Shown here piece by piece: positions 1 to 13,268 of a DNA stretch of 64,000 nt. Below the pieces are notes generated by a model. That model worked only from the letters and a program-made list of their open reading frames with translations. It ran no database searches and was not told where the DNA came from. Made by a program: the position numbers and the translations under genes. This DNA is from Orbicella franksi. Taxonomy: Eukaryota. The stretch is taken from contig OZ116699.1 of the NCBI GenBank assembly GCA_964199315.1, positions 26,908,001-26,972,000 on the forward strand. The letters are read 5' to 3'. How positions within the stretch are numbered: the first letter of the stretch is position 1; each line of letters starts with the position of its first letter.

Positions 1-20
1 TAATGGTTTTCAAGATACGA

Positions 21-297
21 TCAAGTCATTTTGCATATTGAGAGTTTTTTCAAGAGGCAATTTACTCCAAATGGGCACCTCTTACGTTTATAAACTGTTG
101 TCACTACGTTTGAATGCGAAGTAGAAGAACATAACAAGTTTGACATCGGTTCACTGGCGATACTTAGTCGGTTTTGAAGGTTATCAAGGCTGTTTGTTTG
201 GATACAAAGCAATGATAGGGAATTGTCATTGAAGAAAGGAAGCTTGTCACGGTAGAGGTACATCATCTTGACGGCAACTTTCGCTTGGAAACTGTAC
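21..297 (-). CDS. Candidate terminal coding exon of an unknown gene (YSFQAKVAVKMMYLYRDKLPFF...RKRCPFGVNCLLKKLSICKMT*)
   Basis: ORF-track frame 21..266 stays open back to an acceptor-like site (ctactattttgttcaag|G at 298/297). Upstream exons not found; no family recognised. Confidence 0.3.
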
Positions 298-2518
298 CTT
301 GAACAAAATAGTAGAACTGCCAGTCACGAGCTATAAACAATGATCAAATATTTTAAAATGACTATTTTGCCCGAGCAGAATTAGCTTTGATACGAGGCTA
401 CAAAGTCCGGTCATATCGGCGGCGCCAGATAACAAGGGCTATGATAATGACCATGATTAATGCACCTCACTTTGATGGCCCACGCGCGGCAACGCTCCCG
501 AGGCACTAATGACGTCGCTACGATCGTTAGAGATACTACAACACAGTAAAACCTTCCCTCACAGATTTTTCACCATTACGGAGTCTGTTTGCCTATTACC
601 AGCAGCAATCTTTTCGCTTGTCTAGAAGTTTATCGTTTTCTTGAGAGAGCTCTTTGTTTTAGTGCAAGAAAAATATCGAAATGCCCAAGTTACAGCAAGA
701 GAACAACATCCGTTTGCAATGTTTTTTTTTTGTTAGTGAGTGATAGGCGAGCACAGGAATAGATGTAATGTGTTTTGCCAAAAATGCAAACAGAGCAATC
801 CATACTGTTACACAGTAGCGGCAACATCCATTGAAACGAGGGTCTGTAAGCGGTCCACTCTAGTAAAGTAAACTTACGTACAGAAGAATTCAGACGGATT
901 GCATCCAATTTAATAAATAAAATAAAACAAATCAGTAACTGCGACTAAAGTGTTTTTGTTCAATTTCTGTTAAACTTTTCTTTATTTAATATTTTAATGC
1001 AGTAATCGTTTCATTGTATCCCTGCTGTGTTGTATCCTCGGTTAAGGCTGCCTGCTGAGATATTTTCAATACTGGATAAACGCGAATGTACTTGTACACG
1101 TCCCATATTGAACATTTGTTCACGTGACTTGGACCGGGCCAGAGTCATTTTTTTTTGTTGAAATTGTTTTTGGATAAATAAGGATTTTATCTCATAATTT
1201 TTGTGACAACCAAAACCTTACGTTTACTTTTAGGTGGTTGATCCAAGTTATTTTAATTATTTTCCCACAAATTATGCACCAGACAACTTGGACAGAAATT
1301 CATTAACTTGTGACAAGAGGATGTATTTTTCTCTTCAGTCAAAATTAAAAACAAGTGTTTTTTTTAATATTTCGAGAATACTTTCAACTCCGTGTCTAGG
1401 CAGACAATTGTTTAACGTGATTATCCGCAAATTTATAAAGAAAGGTTTTTATTTAAAGCATTAATACTAGGAATCTTAATTAAAGGTAAACCTTTGAAGT
1501 ATTCCATGTGGACAATAGCCCAAGATCCTTGCTGGCAGTCAAATAAAAGAATTGACACTTTCGTGTCAAAAATGAATCCATCCAGCTTAATAAGATTCAG
1601 AGAGGGGGGGGGGGGGGGGGGGAGGAGTTCTCTACTGAAGAAGTTTCCATGATAGAAAGGAAGCATTAAATCACAAACCTGACTTCGGTTTCAAGAATTG
1701 ATCAAAATTAACCAAAAAAAGAGAATTTTTTTACGTCTGTTGACAAGTGTTTTATTCTAAATGAAGGGTATTCAAGGACGTTACTGACCTTGGACGCGGT
1801 CGATTTCAAATAATGTCATATTAAGTAACCGTCAAAATGGCAGATAAAAATAAACAAGGAAGCAAATTAAAAATGATATTATTTTGCCTTTGTTATCGTT
1901 GCAACGATTCTATTTTTGTATTTGACGAATTGAATATCCTAGAGCATCAACTGAAAAACGCTCGGTGAAGGAGCGCCACTTCATTCATCGTTCTCAATCA
2001 TCATGGCGTCCACACTGCCTGGTATTCGCGGTCGCTGAGTTAACGGTAAATGTATACATGTTTTCTGCGGCTAACTGTTTGAGATAGCTTTGTAAGAACG
2101 TGAGGTGCATGAAATTAATCTCATTTTGTTACCCAAACCTGAACCTACAAACATGAAGGTAAACCAATACTTGAATTTAGATAAAGAGGGGATTTCTTTA
2201 TATCCATATGCAGGAGTCAATAATAATTTTCACTTTTCGATAATCAGAAAATCACAGAGAAGAGAAACGTTTGAATCATACAAAGGTTTAATCCTTCGAA
2301 TAACGTATAAAATATCTGGAATAGAATACGTCTTAAAACTGAAAGGTTCTGGTTAGTAAAGGAAGTAATAGATATGAAGAATCGCAGTTAGCTATCTTAA
2401 AGCATTTTCTTAAAGAAGGTAGCCGCAGCGAAATCGAATTTTATAAGCCTTGCCCCCCTTGACATGATAAAATATCGCAATATGGAATTTAATTGCCACA
2501 GTCAATATTGCAATATTT

Positions 2519-2811
2519 AACAATTATTCACCGAAGTGGAGGTGAATAGTGATGGATATTTACCTCGCCGCTTCGCGGCTCGGTAAATATCCATTACTTT
2601 CACCGACTCTGAGGTGAATAATTGTTTTAGTATATACTACACAAGCTGAATAATTAGCGGACCAAAACGTTATTTTATGTGTGACAAGCGGTCGGAAATT
2701 TTAAAATCTCTCGCGCCGGCTGCTCGGAGGTGAATAGTTCTTGCTAATCACCTCCGAGGTAACCAATCAGAGCGCGCGAAAAGCACTATTCACTTGTGTG
2801 GTATATACTAA
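2519..2811. mobile_element. Hairpin-capped non-autonomous element (HINE/Helentron-like layout), family 1
   Basis: Imperfect palindrome 2519-2626 with tip GCTTCGC (GCGAAGC on minus). It is followed by inverted repeats TTAGTATATACTACACAAG (2627) and CTTGTGTGGTATATACTAA (to 2811), with CCAATCAGAG near the far end. Confidence 0.65.
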
Positions 2812-4284
2812 TGAGTTTTAGCTGCCTTAAAACGAGATGGGACCACTGGACTAGTTAGTCTCTAGTCTCTCTCCTCCGTGTCCACAAAAATTAATAATAG
2901 CTGACAAATTTTCTTGGCTGCGTCATTTGTAGCTCAAACATTCTGTGTGTCAACAATAAATTTGGGTCTATTTTCCCAGTGCGTGATAGCAATGATCGTT
3001 TTATAGTCTCAATCTGAAAAAAATACAGCTGTTTTGAGAAAGATTGTTGCACAAAAACGTTATAGCGTGCCCGACAATGCCGATTGATATTATGGTTAGT
3101 AATATTTTGGCGTTGCTTCGACGTGCGATCAGCCATTTTTTTTCGGCGAGCGGGGGAAGTGACGGTTACGCAGGTTATAGGCGTTGCTTGGTTGAGGCGC
3201 ACGGCGTCTCAGCAAGAAGGAAGGAGAAAGTATAAATGGACGTGTTTGTGCTGTTTCCTTCTGTCACCGTGAAACACCTTAGAGCTTCAATCAAGTACGT
3301 TAAAAACCTTGAGCCTCTATTACCCATAATACCTTTCGACATTGTCCCGTACGCTGTTACGCTCTTGCAGGACAACCTTTCTCGAAACAGCAGTATTCCC
3401 AAAATACCGGCAGGAAGTGCTGAATCATTCGTTTCAACCTAGTTCACCTTCACTGGTGGTGCTTGTGAAAATTTTATCCCAGATGGGGACGCACAGTGTA
3501 CGGGTGCCCCTTTGGTCTTTCTATTGAGCGATTTGTATCTTGCCAAAGTCATTTAATTTTCATGTTTTCACACTGTTGAACGATATGCATTTGGTTGTAG
3601 CGCCGTATTTTATCTGGTTTACTATAAACACAATCTACAAATGATGTTTAGAATGATCGACAGTCGGTTTGTTTGCGCAAGGAACACAATAGAGGCTGAC
3701 ATCGGATGGCTTTTCTGCGACCAAAATTAAAGCGACTCAGGGGCTTTTCAGAGTGACGCAATATTTGTCATTCGCATGATTGATTTTCTGGCACCGTTTC
3801 TTACGTTTATGCAAGAATAGTTACTGTCGGTTTCCATTTATTTAATAGCTATTTATTTCATTGCTGGGATCAGATATGCATCGGTTAAAATAATTGTTTT
3901 ATCTATTTGGTACCGTTAGGGCTAAAGCAATTTTTATGCAGGTTGTGTTAAAGCTTGAAGCCTGTGGGGCCAGGTTTAAATGTTTGAAACGAATACGAAA
4001 AAGACACGATATAGTTCATAATTCCAACTGGAGGAGGGCTGGCCAGTTGACCAGTTACAACGCGCGGAGGGGGTCTCCTTAGAAAATCTAAGATAGATAT
4101 TGAGACAACATTTGATGATAAATAGTTGGCTAATTAAGATAGTTTTGTGAGTTTTTAATGGAATCAATTTTTTGCACTATGAAGTGTTGTCGTTGGTTAC
4201 AATCCTGGTTAACGGTGTTAATGAGCATGGTGAGCCAACCACTTTGTACTCGCAGGTGTTGCGCGCGCGATAACTTGAAGTAGC

Positions 4285-4568
4285 ATATCAAATACGAAAA
4301 ACCGTGTTTGACCACATTTCCAAACACCGAGAAGAGAGTTGAAGATACGACGCGCAGCGGAGTATTTTTGACGAACTTCGAAGTTTGTGTAAATTGGTCA
4401 AACACGGTCTTCAGCGTTTGATGTAGCCTCGTAATCGAATTGAAACAAAGGAGAAAGCAAAAATATAAAATTGTAAAAATCTATACCAGTTAAGATCAGA
4501 TATCCAAACACCGTCACGGTCTTGATTTCCTTTGTTTAAACTTGATGAATTATTAATGAGTTTGAGAA
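4285..4568. mobile_element. Hairpin-capped non-autonomous element, family 2, copy a
   Basis: Palindrome about 4285-4430 with tip GCGCAGC (4352-4358) and a body with subterminal inverted repeats. Reverse-complement homologue at 18210-18497. Confidence 0.7.
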
Positions 4569-6424
4569 AATCGAATAAAGCACGGTGTTGAGTATTTCAT
4601 CTTCCCGTTTCAGGTTATTTTCACAAGGCAAATTAAGTATACTAAAATTTAGAACTTTTAAGGGCCTTTTTTTAAACACGTACCCTTCCTCTGATAAACC
4701 TGACAACTTCTAAAACTGGCCCCTCGTCTTTTACACAAGGTTGTAAAGAGCTGTATAACAAAAGAATCCAGACTGCCCCCACGAATCTTGGGCAAATGAA
4801 AATTTTAATATCATTCCCGTTTTATTCGTTTTGTCTGTGGTTTTGCCTTTTCTTTATTTGCAATGTTGAATTTGTGGATGGATTAGCTGATATGGTTCTG
4901 TCCCTTTGCCCTTCCCCACTGCAGTCAGTTCTATTTTGATTGTTACTTATATATTTATTTATGTCATCATTTTATAAGTCATGTATCAAAAGTTATACAG
5001 ACCTGTCGGCCAAATGGTTAAAACATTTACGAGTACAAACTCGTCCATAACAAGGAGAAATCATAGCAAGTTTTCTGTGATAAATAATTCAGATTTGCTT
5101 TTAGACCATATGCGTCAAAGGATTTCATTTAAGACTTTTCTCGAGTGTCGTCCTTATTGCTGGCGTAGGAGGTCCGATATATTTATATTTTTATGGATTA
5201 GCATGAATCAACAATCCTGTGGAAATAACCGTTTGTACAATTAATCACGTCGTGCATATTTCCCTCAGCGAGGACTCAAATGTAAGACAAACGCTAGAAA
5301 ATTGGACGTACAGTTCACACCTTTATCCATAGGTGCACCTTGTACATTTTCTAACAAATAAGCGAGGATTGTGGTCAATGGCATTTGCCAATTTTAGACG
5401 ACAATAGAGAATTCCTCTGTAAGTGTTAATCGTAAGGCTTTAGAAGGGTGTGTTTTAAGTAAGATTTGCATTTTTCCAATCGATGTTGTTGTCGCGTTCC
5501 TGACTTCAAATGTAAGAAAATGGAAACTAGGATACAAAAAGTGAATTTGGCAAAATTCTGTTACACGTATTCAGTCTTTTTTAGTTTAATTATAAGAACC
5601 ATCAGAACTTGTGGCAACTTGAGGCGATAGTTAAATTGATTTCTTATAGTGAAGCATATTTTTCTTTTTATTAGCACATTTCATTTAGTACGTGATCGGC
5701 TAAAAGATGCAGTTATAAAACGCACCGAACGTTAAAGCATCGGATGGACGTGTAATGTTAAAAACTGAAACCATTCAAAATTAATGAGATTTCTTGTTTG
5801 ACGATAATATCATAAAAGAATCAATTAGTTCATCAAATTCAATTATAGAGGTTCGGAGGGAGAACTCCAGTAATTTCCACCTCTTGATAAGCAGCTCAGT
5901 ATTTATTGAAAAAGGTTAAGTATATTCACTATTTGATGACCTTGAGTTCTGGCTAGACTTGAATTTAATAAAATTAAAGACATTGCCATTCTGTGCAAGA
6001 ACGTTCCACCTCCCCTTCAAACAAATTGGGTGAACAATTGTTTCCCAATTTTTTATTGACAAAATGTAGATAAAAGGTCATTGTTATGAACAGATAGTGA
6101 ATTTTAGTCAAATGCTCGAATATGGCTCAACTGAAAATAAATTTTGGTTCAAAGTTGACCTTGGTGTAAGATCGAAACGCCTCAAAATGGTGTTAATATG
6201 CGTTCGGTTAATTAGAACGTATATTTCGTATTGTATCGTGCAACGTGTTGGAATGTGGCGCTTGTATCGTTACGTAATTTATTCAAATAGCCTGTGAGCA
6301 GCGCTTTTTTTTAGTTCTCGCAATGCGGATCGGAGTGCAGTAGTGAAATCGAAGCATCTAGTGCAGTTGTTGTCTTATCACAGCGGCATCTCAGCCAGTT
6401 ATAGCCCAGCATCGCATTACAAAT

Positions 6425-6503
6425 GTAAGTCTGTTACTTTCTTGGGTTTTAGTTTGCGCCATTTTCGCTTTGTTTATGTTTGTTCTGTTCGTGTCTATTT
6501 CAG
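6425..6503 (+). other. Textbook 79-nt GT-AG intron, probably in a non-coding leader or lncRNA
   Basis: Donor AAAT|GTAAGT at 6425; long pyrimidine tract ending TATTTCAG at 6503. The only nearby downstream ATG gives MSHSC*. Confidence 0.4.
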
Positions 6504-9500
6504 TTTTAACCACAATGAGCCACAGTTGTTGATCGCCAGTAAATAAAGTGTGCGTTCTAAATTATATTGCTTGCTGGAGATAATGTCACGTCCTGTTGGT
6601 AGCTTTACTTGGGCTTTTGGAACTCTAACTGACTCAATGAAGTCCGGTGTTATCATTGGTTTTTATCATTACAATTTTGCAGCGCTACGTAGTTTTGCTA
6701 AACGTGTTTAATTTACGTCTTACACATACGTTCTAGTAGAAATACGTTTCTTCAGACTTCGTGTACGGCACGCATCGTTTACGGTGAAATCATTAGTCAG
6801 AGTTTCGGAGCTGAGAGGGAAACTGAATAATAGCCTGATGTATTGTGATTTCTTATATTATTGCTACAATGTTCGGAGTAATGGAGAATTTCAATGCTAT
6901 TGTCCAGGTTACCATGTTGAGCCATGCAACGTGAATAGAAAACATTTGAGTTTTTAAAAAAGAAGCAGGCTACTTCAGGACGAAGGTAAACCGACTGAAA
7001 CTAATAAGCTTAAATAATTACAGCTGTGTTTCGAGTTATTCAATCATAAAAAAGACAGCTCTCTGTCGCCACAGCTTTTCCGTAGCTTTGTATCTAGCTA
7101 GACCGTAGCCACAATGGTTTTCATATTTTGTCGTAAATATTCATTCCAACTGAGTTTTATCGCTAGCGGATTAGAATTTTAATTATTATGGGAGTGCAAG
7201 ACCAGCCTCTTTCTTGTTTTGGTTTCAAAATCAAATAAACATTGCAACTGATCCATTGACCGAGGAACGGAAAATCGAAACTGGTTCCAAGAGTCAGTGA
7301 AAAATAGAAGATGCTTTTTCAATGAATGTCCTCGGCCTTCACTTCATCTGAATAGGTAACAGCTGTCTAAAAAGTGATTTTCTTGCGTTTGTTCTCAGTG
7401 TAGATAACGGTAATTCTTAATTTTCAGGTTACATAATTAATTGCTAATTGCTATCGTATTCCCTATCAGTTCGCCTTCGAATACCATTATGCTTATGCTG
7501 ATTTCTAAACTACAAATCATAGTTTTTAGAGGGAAACGGTTCCCCTCTATTAACTATGGCAAACAGAAGGCAAGAACTGACGCCAGTAGCAAAGCGAATC
7601 AGAAGTCTAGGTATCTATATTCAGAGGCCTAAAGAGTTACTCGCTTGCGAAAACCTCATTTCGCTCATTTCTTAATTTTACCAACGGCATTACGACATCG
7701 AAGTTTTTACTTCCAATTAGTAACTGACGACTCGTGTGACGGCTTTGCAAGAGATATAGCTCCTGCAAACCTGTGTTCGCGTGAATTAGTATTGTTCATA
7801 AAATGTTGGTTACAAGATTAATTAGCAACATACATTCTGCTTGAAAATAAAGAACCTTAATTAAATCGCCCCGAAGAGCATCTTTTCACACTGATTGCAA
7901 AAAATGCTGTTTTCGTGCGTGCTTGGAAAAAAAAGTTAGGATCACGAAAATATGACAATTGTTTTTTTCTCCTGAATGATTTTAATTATTGTATTTCCTT
8001 CCGCTTATTTTACATATTAAGAATAATTTTATGAAGGCTTTTTATCGAACAACACGACAGAACTTCCTTAATTTCAAGGCTAAATAGTAGAAACAAGCTT
8101 AAAAACGCCGACACTTACACCAACACGAATATCAGTGATAACAAAACACGGCAAAATTTAACCTGATTAAATTTGTGAAACCGTAAAATGATGCGGGCGC
8201 TGTTGGTGAAAAAAATGAAAATGATAAGTTCAAATCTTGTTGCGATGTTGCGATATAATTCACCACTTCATGATTTTCAAAGTGTTAATTTAGAAGGCGT
8301 GTTGGGAATGTCAGAAAAAAAACCAACTACTATGCCCAAAAAGCATTTAATAGCGTAATTTTCTTTGCACGGAATGCTTCCTTTTCTTTTTCGATGGGAT
8401 TGCACTGTTTTCTCGCTTTCAACAGCTGCATACTAAAATTGACCAATTTAAATTGGCGCTTAGTCGAAAGTGTGAAAACCGCACCGCAGCATTGGAAAGA
8501 CAATAACCTGTATATCCCTCGCTCTTGTAATGTATTCTGTTCCCCCGGATATCACTTCATTTAAAAGTCCTAATATTTGAGAAAAGTAGAGCCAGGAGCA
8601 CCTTCCCCAAGTGCAAAACAATACAATTTGATCGGTAAGCCATACGAAAGTATAATCAACATCAAAAGCAATTTTCTCTGAGGTAAATTTATTCCACCAG
8701 GTATATTGATTACTTAACAAATAACGCCAGAAAAGCTTTCCTTCGTCGTTAGCGAATCTTCTCTTTGCGGGTGATGGATTGCCCTGGCCGCAGTAGGATC
8801 CCAGTAATTGAAAAACAACACCATCAACTCGTACCGCGCATTTGAGCATTGTTCATAAAAAATAACCGAATTATAAGAGTGTTAGGAAAAGGACCTGTTC
8901 AGATTGTAGTAAACACCAAATGTATATCATGTTTGTGTACAGTCGGTAAGTTTTAACTTCGTCAAGACAATAGATTTTAAACATGTTAGCCAAAAGAAGT
9001 AGATATGAAAAAGCAGAATAGGAAAAAATACTACATGTATATTGTTTAAAACACATTTATTTAGCTAATTGTTAATTCCACGCTAAAAAGAAATCAGAAC
9101 ACAGGTTAACTGTGACAAAGGAAGTTGAACATGTCGACAAAATATATGTAACGATATTGCAACCGCTTTACAACTGACGCTATATAAGCTAAGAGTTTTG
9201 TAAAAACCTTTTGTTAACATTCAACCTGATAACAAATATTTTGTGTTTGCAGGGCTTCAGGAAAATAGATTGCGCGTGATATGAGAGCAGTGAGCGAGCA
9301 GCCGAATACTCGAGTGCAAGTACAACAATGACATTCACCGACAGCAATTGATTATTTGGAACTGGTGGAGCTATCATCAATCGTACTCATGAAAAAATAA
9401 ATGATTTTTATTAACCACAAGGGTAAGCAATATCCGAGATAAGAAAGAAACTCTCTTTATTAAACAGCTTGTCAGGAGAAGCTTCATCACAGCAAAACAG

Positions 9501-9546
9501 CAGCGACAGGAAGGTGAAACTCGACCCTGAAGTCAAGGACCCCAAA

Positions 9547-10629
9547 ATGGCTGACGAAAGATTTTCGCCAAGGGTTGTCATTCCACTGAGTATCCTGTCG
9601 GTGAGCACCATAGTAACAAACACGATGGTCTGTTTGTTGGTGTACAAGGTGAAATCGATGAGAAACTACACAAACGGATTTGTAGTTTCATTGGCGATCT
9701 CTGACATCTTGACAGGCGTCTCCATGTTTATCCAATATAACGCTGAACTTCATGTGTGGTCAAAAGCTACCCTCAATGTCCTGTACGCCGTGGTGCTCTT
9801 CGTAGGAGCAGCAAACCTTTGTGCAGTGACTTATGACAGATATTTGGCGATTTTGTATCCATTTTCGTACACGGAGACAATATCTAAAGTTTTCAAAATC
9901 CTGGTTCCGACAATTTGGGTTTTATCAGTAGTCGTCGCTTGTATACCTCTCACTTGGAAAGGAAATACCCAACTTCTCAACACCAAGATTTACATCTGCC
10001 TCGTGCTTGTTATTTGCATAGCTCTTCCTTATATTTTAATAGTCTATGCAAATTACAAGATATTTCGGTTGGTCAGGCAATGTGTGCGGCGAGAGAGAGA
10101 GCTCAGTATCTCTTCGCATAACACCAAAGCGGAACTGAAAAACGGCGTGAGGAAAGTATCCTCTGAGGCGAAGGTGGCAAGAGTCTTCGCCATCGCATCG
10201 TTAATGTTTGTGTTAAGCTACTTTCCAACTTTGTTTTACACTGCAGCGGCCGCTTTTGGTCATGGTGAAGTTGTTCCAGGCCTTTTAATAGATTTCTCAC
10301 CTTTCTGTGTGGTGTTTGGATCTCTTGTCAATCCAATCTTGTACTCGTTCATGAAGCCAGATTTTCGAAGGGCCCTTAAGAAAATTCTAACTGGACAGCG
10401 AGCACACCTGAACGCAAGAAGATCTCAAAGGTCTTCGACGCCGAGTATTGGTGACACAAACACCACGCCTTTTGTGCCAAAGAAAATCAAGAAAAAGTCT
10501 CGAATGGACGAAGTATTAGATGATGGTGACGAGCCCTGTGCGAGTCTGACTGCGAGGATTTTGCAACTGGATTACAGCAATCAGTCAAAACAAGGCGAAG
10601 AAACGCAACTTAACGTATCACCAGTTTGA
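9547..10629 (+). CDS. Class A (rhodopsin-like) orphan GPCR 1, 360 aa
   Basis: Seven hydrophobic segments; N1.50, LAISD, DRY, W4.50, P5.50, E6.30 (SEAKVA), FVLSYFP, NPILY, helix 8 KPDF. ATG in aaaATGG context at 9547; the track's TTG start at 9469 sits just after an acceptor-like AG. Confidence 0.95.
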   Translation: MADERFSPRVVIPLSILSVSTIVTNTMVCLLVYKVKSMRNYTNGFVVSLAISDILTGVSMFIQYNAELHVWSKATLNVLYAVVLFVGAANLCAVTYDRYLAILYPFSYTETISKVFKILVPTIWVLSVVVACIPLTWKGNTQLLNTKIYICLVLVICIALPYILIVYANYKIFRLVRQCVRRERELSISSHNTKAELKNGVRKVSSEAKVARVFAIASLMFVLSYFPTLFYTAAAAFGHGEVVPGLLIDFSPFCVVFGSLVNPILYSFMKPDFRRALKKILTGQRAHLNARRSQRSSTPSIGDTNTTPFVPKKIKKKSRMDEVLDDGDEPCASLTARILQLDYSNQSKQGEETQLNVSPV

Positions 10630-11148
10630 CCAAAGAGGAATCGATCATCCGGCTTTATATCTTTCCAAAAAATGCTGGTGAAGATAGTAAATTGACATTT
10701 AGCTTTACATTAACCTGCATGAAAAATACAACGATCTGTCTTCAGAAAACAAAGACAACTTTAAATGAAACCCTTCGCGAGTCATATATAATACTACGTC
10801 TACGAAACAGTAATTTTAAGGAAACTAAGTCTTAAAATTACAACATTACCAAGAGAGGAAGAAAGGTCGCATGGTAAACCCTCTCAAGTTATTTTTAATG
10901 TTGTATCGATTTTCCGTACGTATAATGTTACTGAGCGTTCTGTAGATATTTTTGAAGAGGCGCACTGTTTACGTGAGTAAACTTTGCGTCACGGGATTGG
11001 CTATTTCTAAACCCTCCTAGGATTTCTGAAGCTGGGAGTGATCTAAAAATAATTAGAGAGGGATTACCTTGGTATTAAGGTATAAATGAGGGATTAACTC
11101 TCTTACCCTTCATCCTCTCTTGGTCCTATTAATGCAAGTGGCTGTTAA

Positions 11149-11881
11149 GGACGTTCGCGCTAATTGTTTCTGCGCATCCTTACTGCGCGCGCAAATTCAT
11201 ACGCCACGTTATGCATCGAGCGCGCGCGCTAAGTACTAAAACGAACAATGATAGGGTTGATGGCCATTGCTATAGCTTTGCTTGGATTTAACGATCTTGG
11301 ACGTTCGGTGATCCCCACTTTTGTTTCTAGAAATAGATTTCATTTACAATTATCTCCACATTATCCAAAAATGAACAAAAAAAATCAATGTGGGAAGTAA
11401 AAAAAAAAAAAAAAAAAAATTAAACATTTCTGTCCAAGGGAAATCGAATCCTGCCATTTTGTGGCTGTAAGGCGCGTGAAACTATGGTCGCTAAATGCTT
11501 TAAGGAACCTCGCCAGTTGACTAAATTCACTTAATAGGTCCACTTTAACCTGCGATCAGGCGCTTTTTTTTTTTTTGGAACGTCTGAATATAAGGGAGGG
11601 AGGGTATGATCGCAGGTCCACTTAAACAATATTTGGCAGAGAACATTTCACTTCACAGATCTAATTGCAATACTTTTGGGCTTACAGACACGGTGCCTTG
11701 ATTCGCTAACGAAGCCGGATTTTTTCAGATTTAGGTTGTTCTTCCGGGCATGTTATGTCCAAAACGAAGTCGGTGACCCCGCATTGTTTTTACATTTCTG
11801 ACATAACTAGCTCATCATCTTGCAGTGGTAACAGTCTGAGAAAAAAAAAATCGATGTTAGAAAATTTTCGCGCGAACGTCC
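11149..11881. mobile_element. Non-autonomous TIR DNA transposon, Kolobok-like
   Basis: Perfect 12-bp TIRs GGACGTTCGCGC/GCGCGAACGTCC, flanked by TTAA at 11145-11148 and 11882-11885. TTAA TSD with purine-purine termini is the Kolobok signature (piggyBac has CC termini). No transposase ORF. Confidence 0.7.
11548..11617. mobile_element. 70-bp micro-MITE nested in the Kolobok-like element
   Basis: TIR ACCTGCGATCA/TGATCGCAGGT; flanks CCACTTTA and CCACTTAA (7/8 match, possible 8-bp TSD). Confidence 0.5.
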
Positions 11882-13199
11882 TTAAGTTTGCTAATTAAAC
11901 ATTAAAAAGGAATCATCAGAAGTTCGAGTAACAAGTGGACAAAGATTTTGTACCGAGATTATTTGTATCATTTGTAAACTTCTGTGCGAAGTTCACATGA
12001 AACAATTGAAAGTACTGCTGAAATGAAACTGATGATGAAATATTACCTGTGTCTGCACAATTTCTCTGAACTTTGAAATTTACTTTCTCGAGTTCCCATG
12101 GGAAATTGTTTTTGATGTTATTTCAGGCCATTATTTATATCTGTAGCTTTTAGAAAATGCAAAAACGATTTTAATACACTTAAAAACATTATTCTGGAAC
12201 AAGATTTTTGTCCACTGAGAACTGAAATTGCTCAACTCCTATCGGATTTCATCTTAAGACCATTCTACAGAGCAGCTACTCCAACCAACCCCACCCAGGC
12301 AAATTCTTTGTAAACTGGACAATGTTAAAATAATATAAGTGGTCACAAATGAGTCGCATTTGACGGTGTACCGCCACGGCTTGTTCAGATTGATAATTAT
12401 TTGTTAGAAAAGTATTGTTAACATCAACAGTTTTCATTCATATAATTTATACAGAGTTCTTTTTTGTAGTCGAACTGTAAAATCATTCATTTAGATGTGA
12501 AATATTCAAAAGAAAATATGTATTGCATCTTGTGCGTATACATAAAAGTTCGAGTCTTTGAATAGCGGAATATAATCGTTGCGCTAGGTGTATAAATTGT
12601 ATGTCATATTTCTCTATAATACATTATTTGGGAAATAGGGTTATCAGCTATAATTAATTTATTACCAAAAGAAATCTATCACGATCGATGCGAAGCGTAC
12701 CTTACTGACATCTAATTTACATATCATATCACAAGTGTTCTTACCTAACACAAAAAGTAAAACACACCTCAAAAATAAATCAACGATATTTTATCGTATC
12801 AACGTTTCAATAAATCGTAGTAAGACCGATGGCATTTAAACCTTTGCCGTGTTGTGCCAGCGTATTTGGTTTTGCTTTGTTATCTCCGTTTTGTTTTTTT
12901 TGCTTAGTTAATAAAAACACTTGGTTGGTTTACAAATCAAGCGAAAAATGGTCATGTATCGTCAGATATGTTTTACAATGCGTGTAGATACAGTGCAATG
13001 ACAGAAGTACGACATAGGGATATTAACTAGTTCATCATTCAATACGTTCAGCCTGGCTTTGAATAAATGAAATGTTAGACCCGAGTTTTGAGATTTGCAT
13101 AAGGCTAGTTGATTTGAAAAAAATACGATCCCCTGCGTCTTGTCCCCTAAAAGCTTGCTGTCTGTTGTGTAAAAAAGGCAATTTGCTTGGAGAATTCGC

Positions 13200-13268
13200 A
13201 TTCGACCAGGACAGAGGACCCGGATGAAAACCAGGTAAGGCTGATGTGGCTTCCTCTCTAAATAAAAT
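13200..13268 (+). mobile_element. Probable 3' remnant of a SINE-type repeat
   Basis: GAGGACCCG..GAAAACCAG.TAAGGCTGATGTGGCTTCCTCTCTAAATA resembles a 3' end I recall as abundant in coral DNA. This is recall, not a search result. Confidence 0.35.

Noticed and set aside
4130-4405. ORFs at 4130-4405, 18256-18534, 18290-18475 and 20608-21060
   Set aside because: They lie largely within repeat elements; chance ORFs.
9469-9546. 26-aa N-terminal extension of GPCR 1 from the track's TTG start
   Set aside because: Non-ATG start directly after an acceptor-like AG; ATG 9547 has good context and gives an N-terminus like the paralogs. An upstream coding exon cannot be fully excluded.
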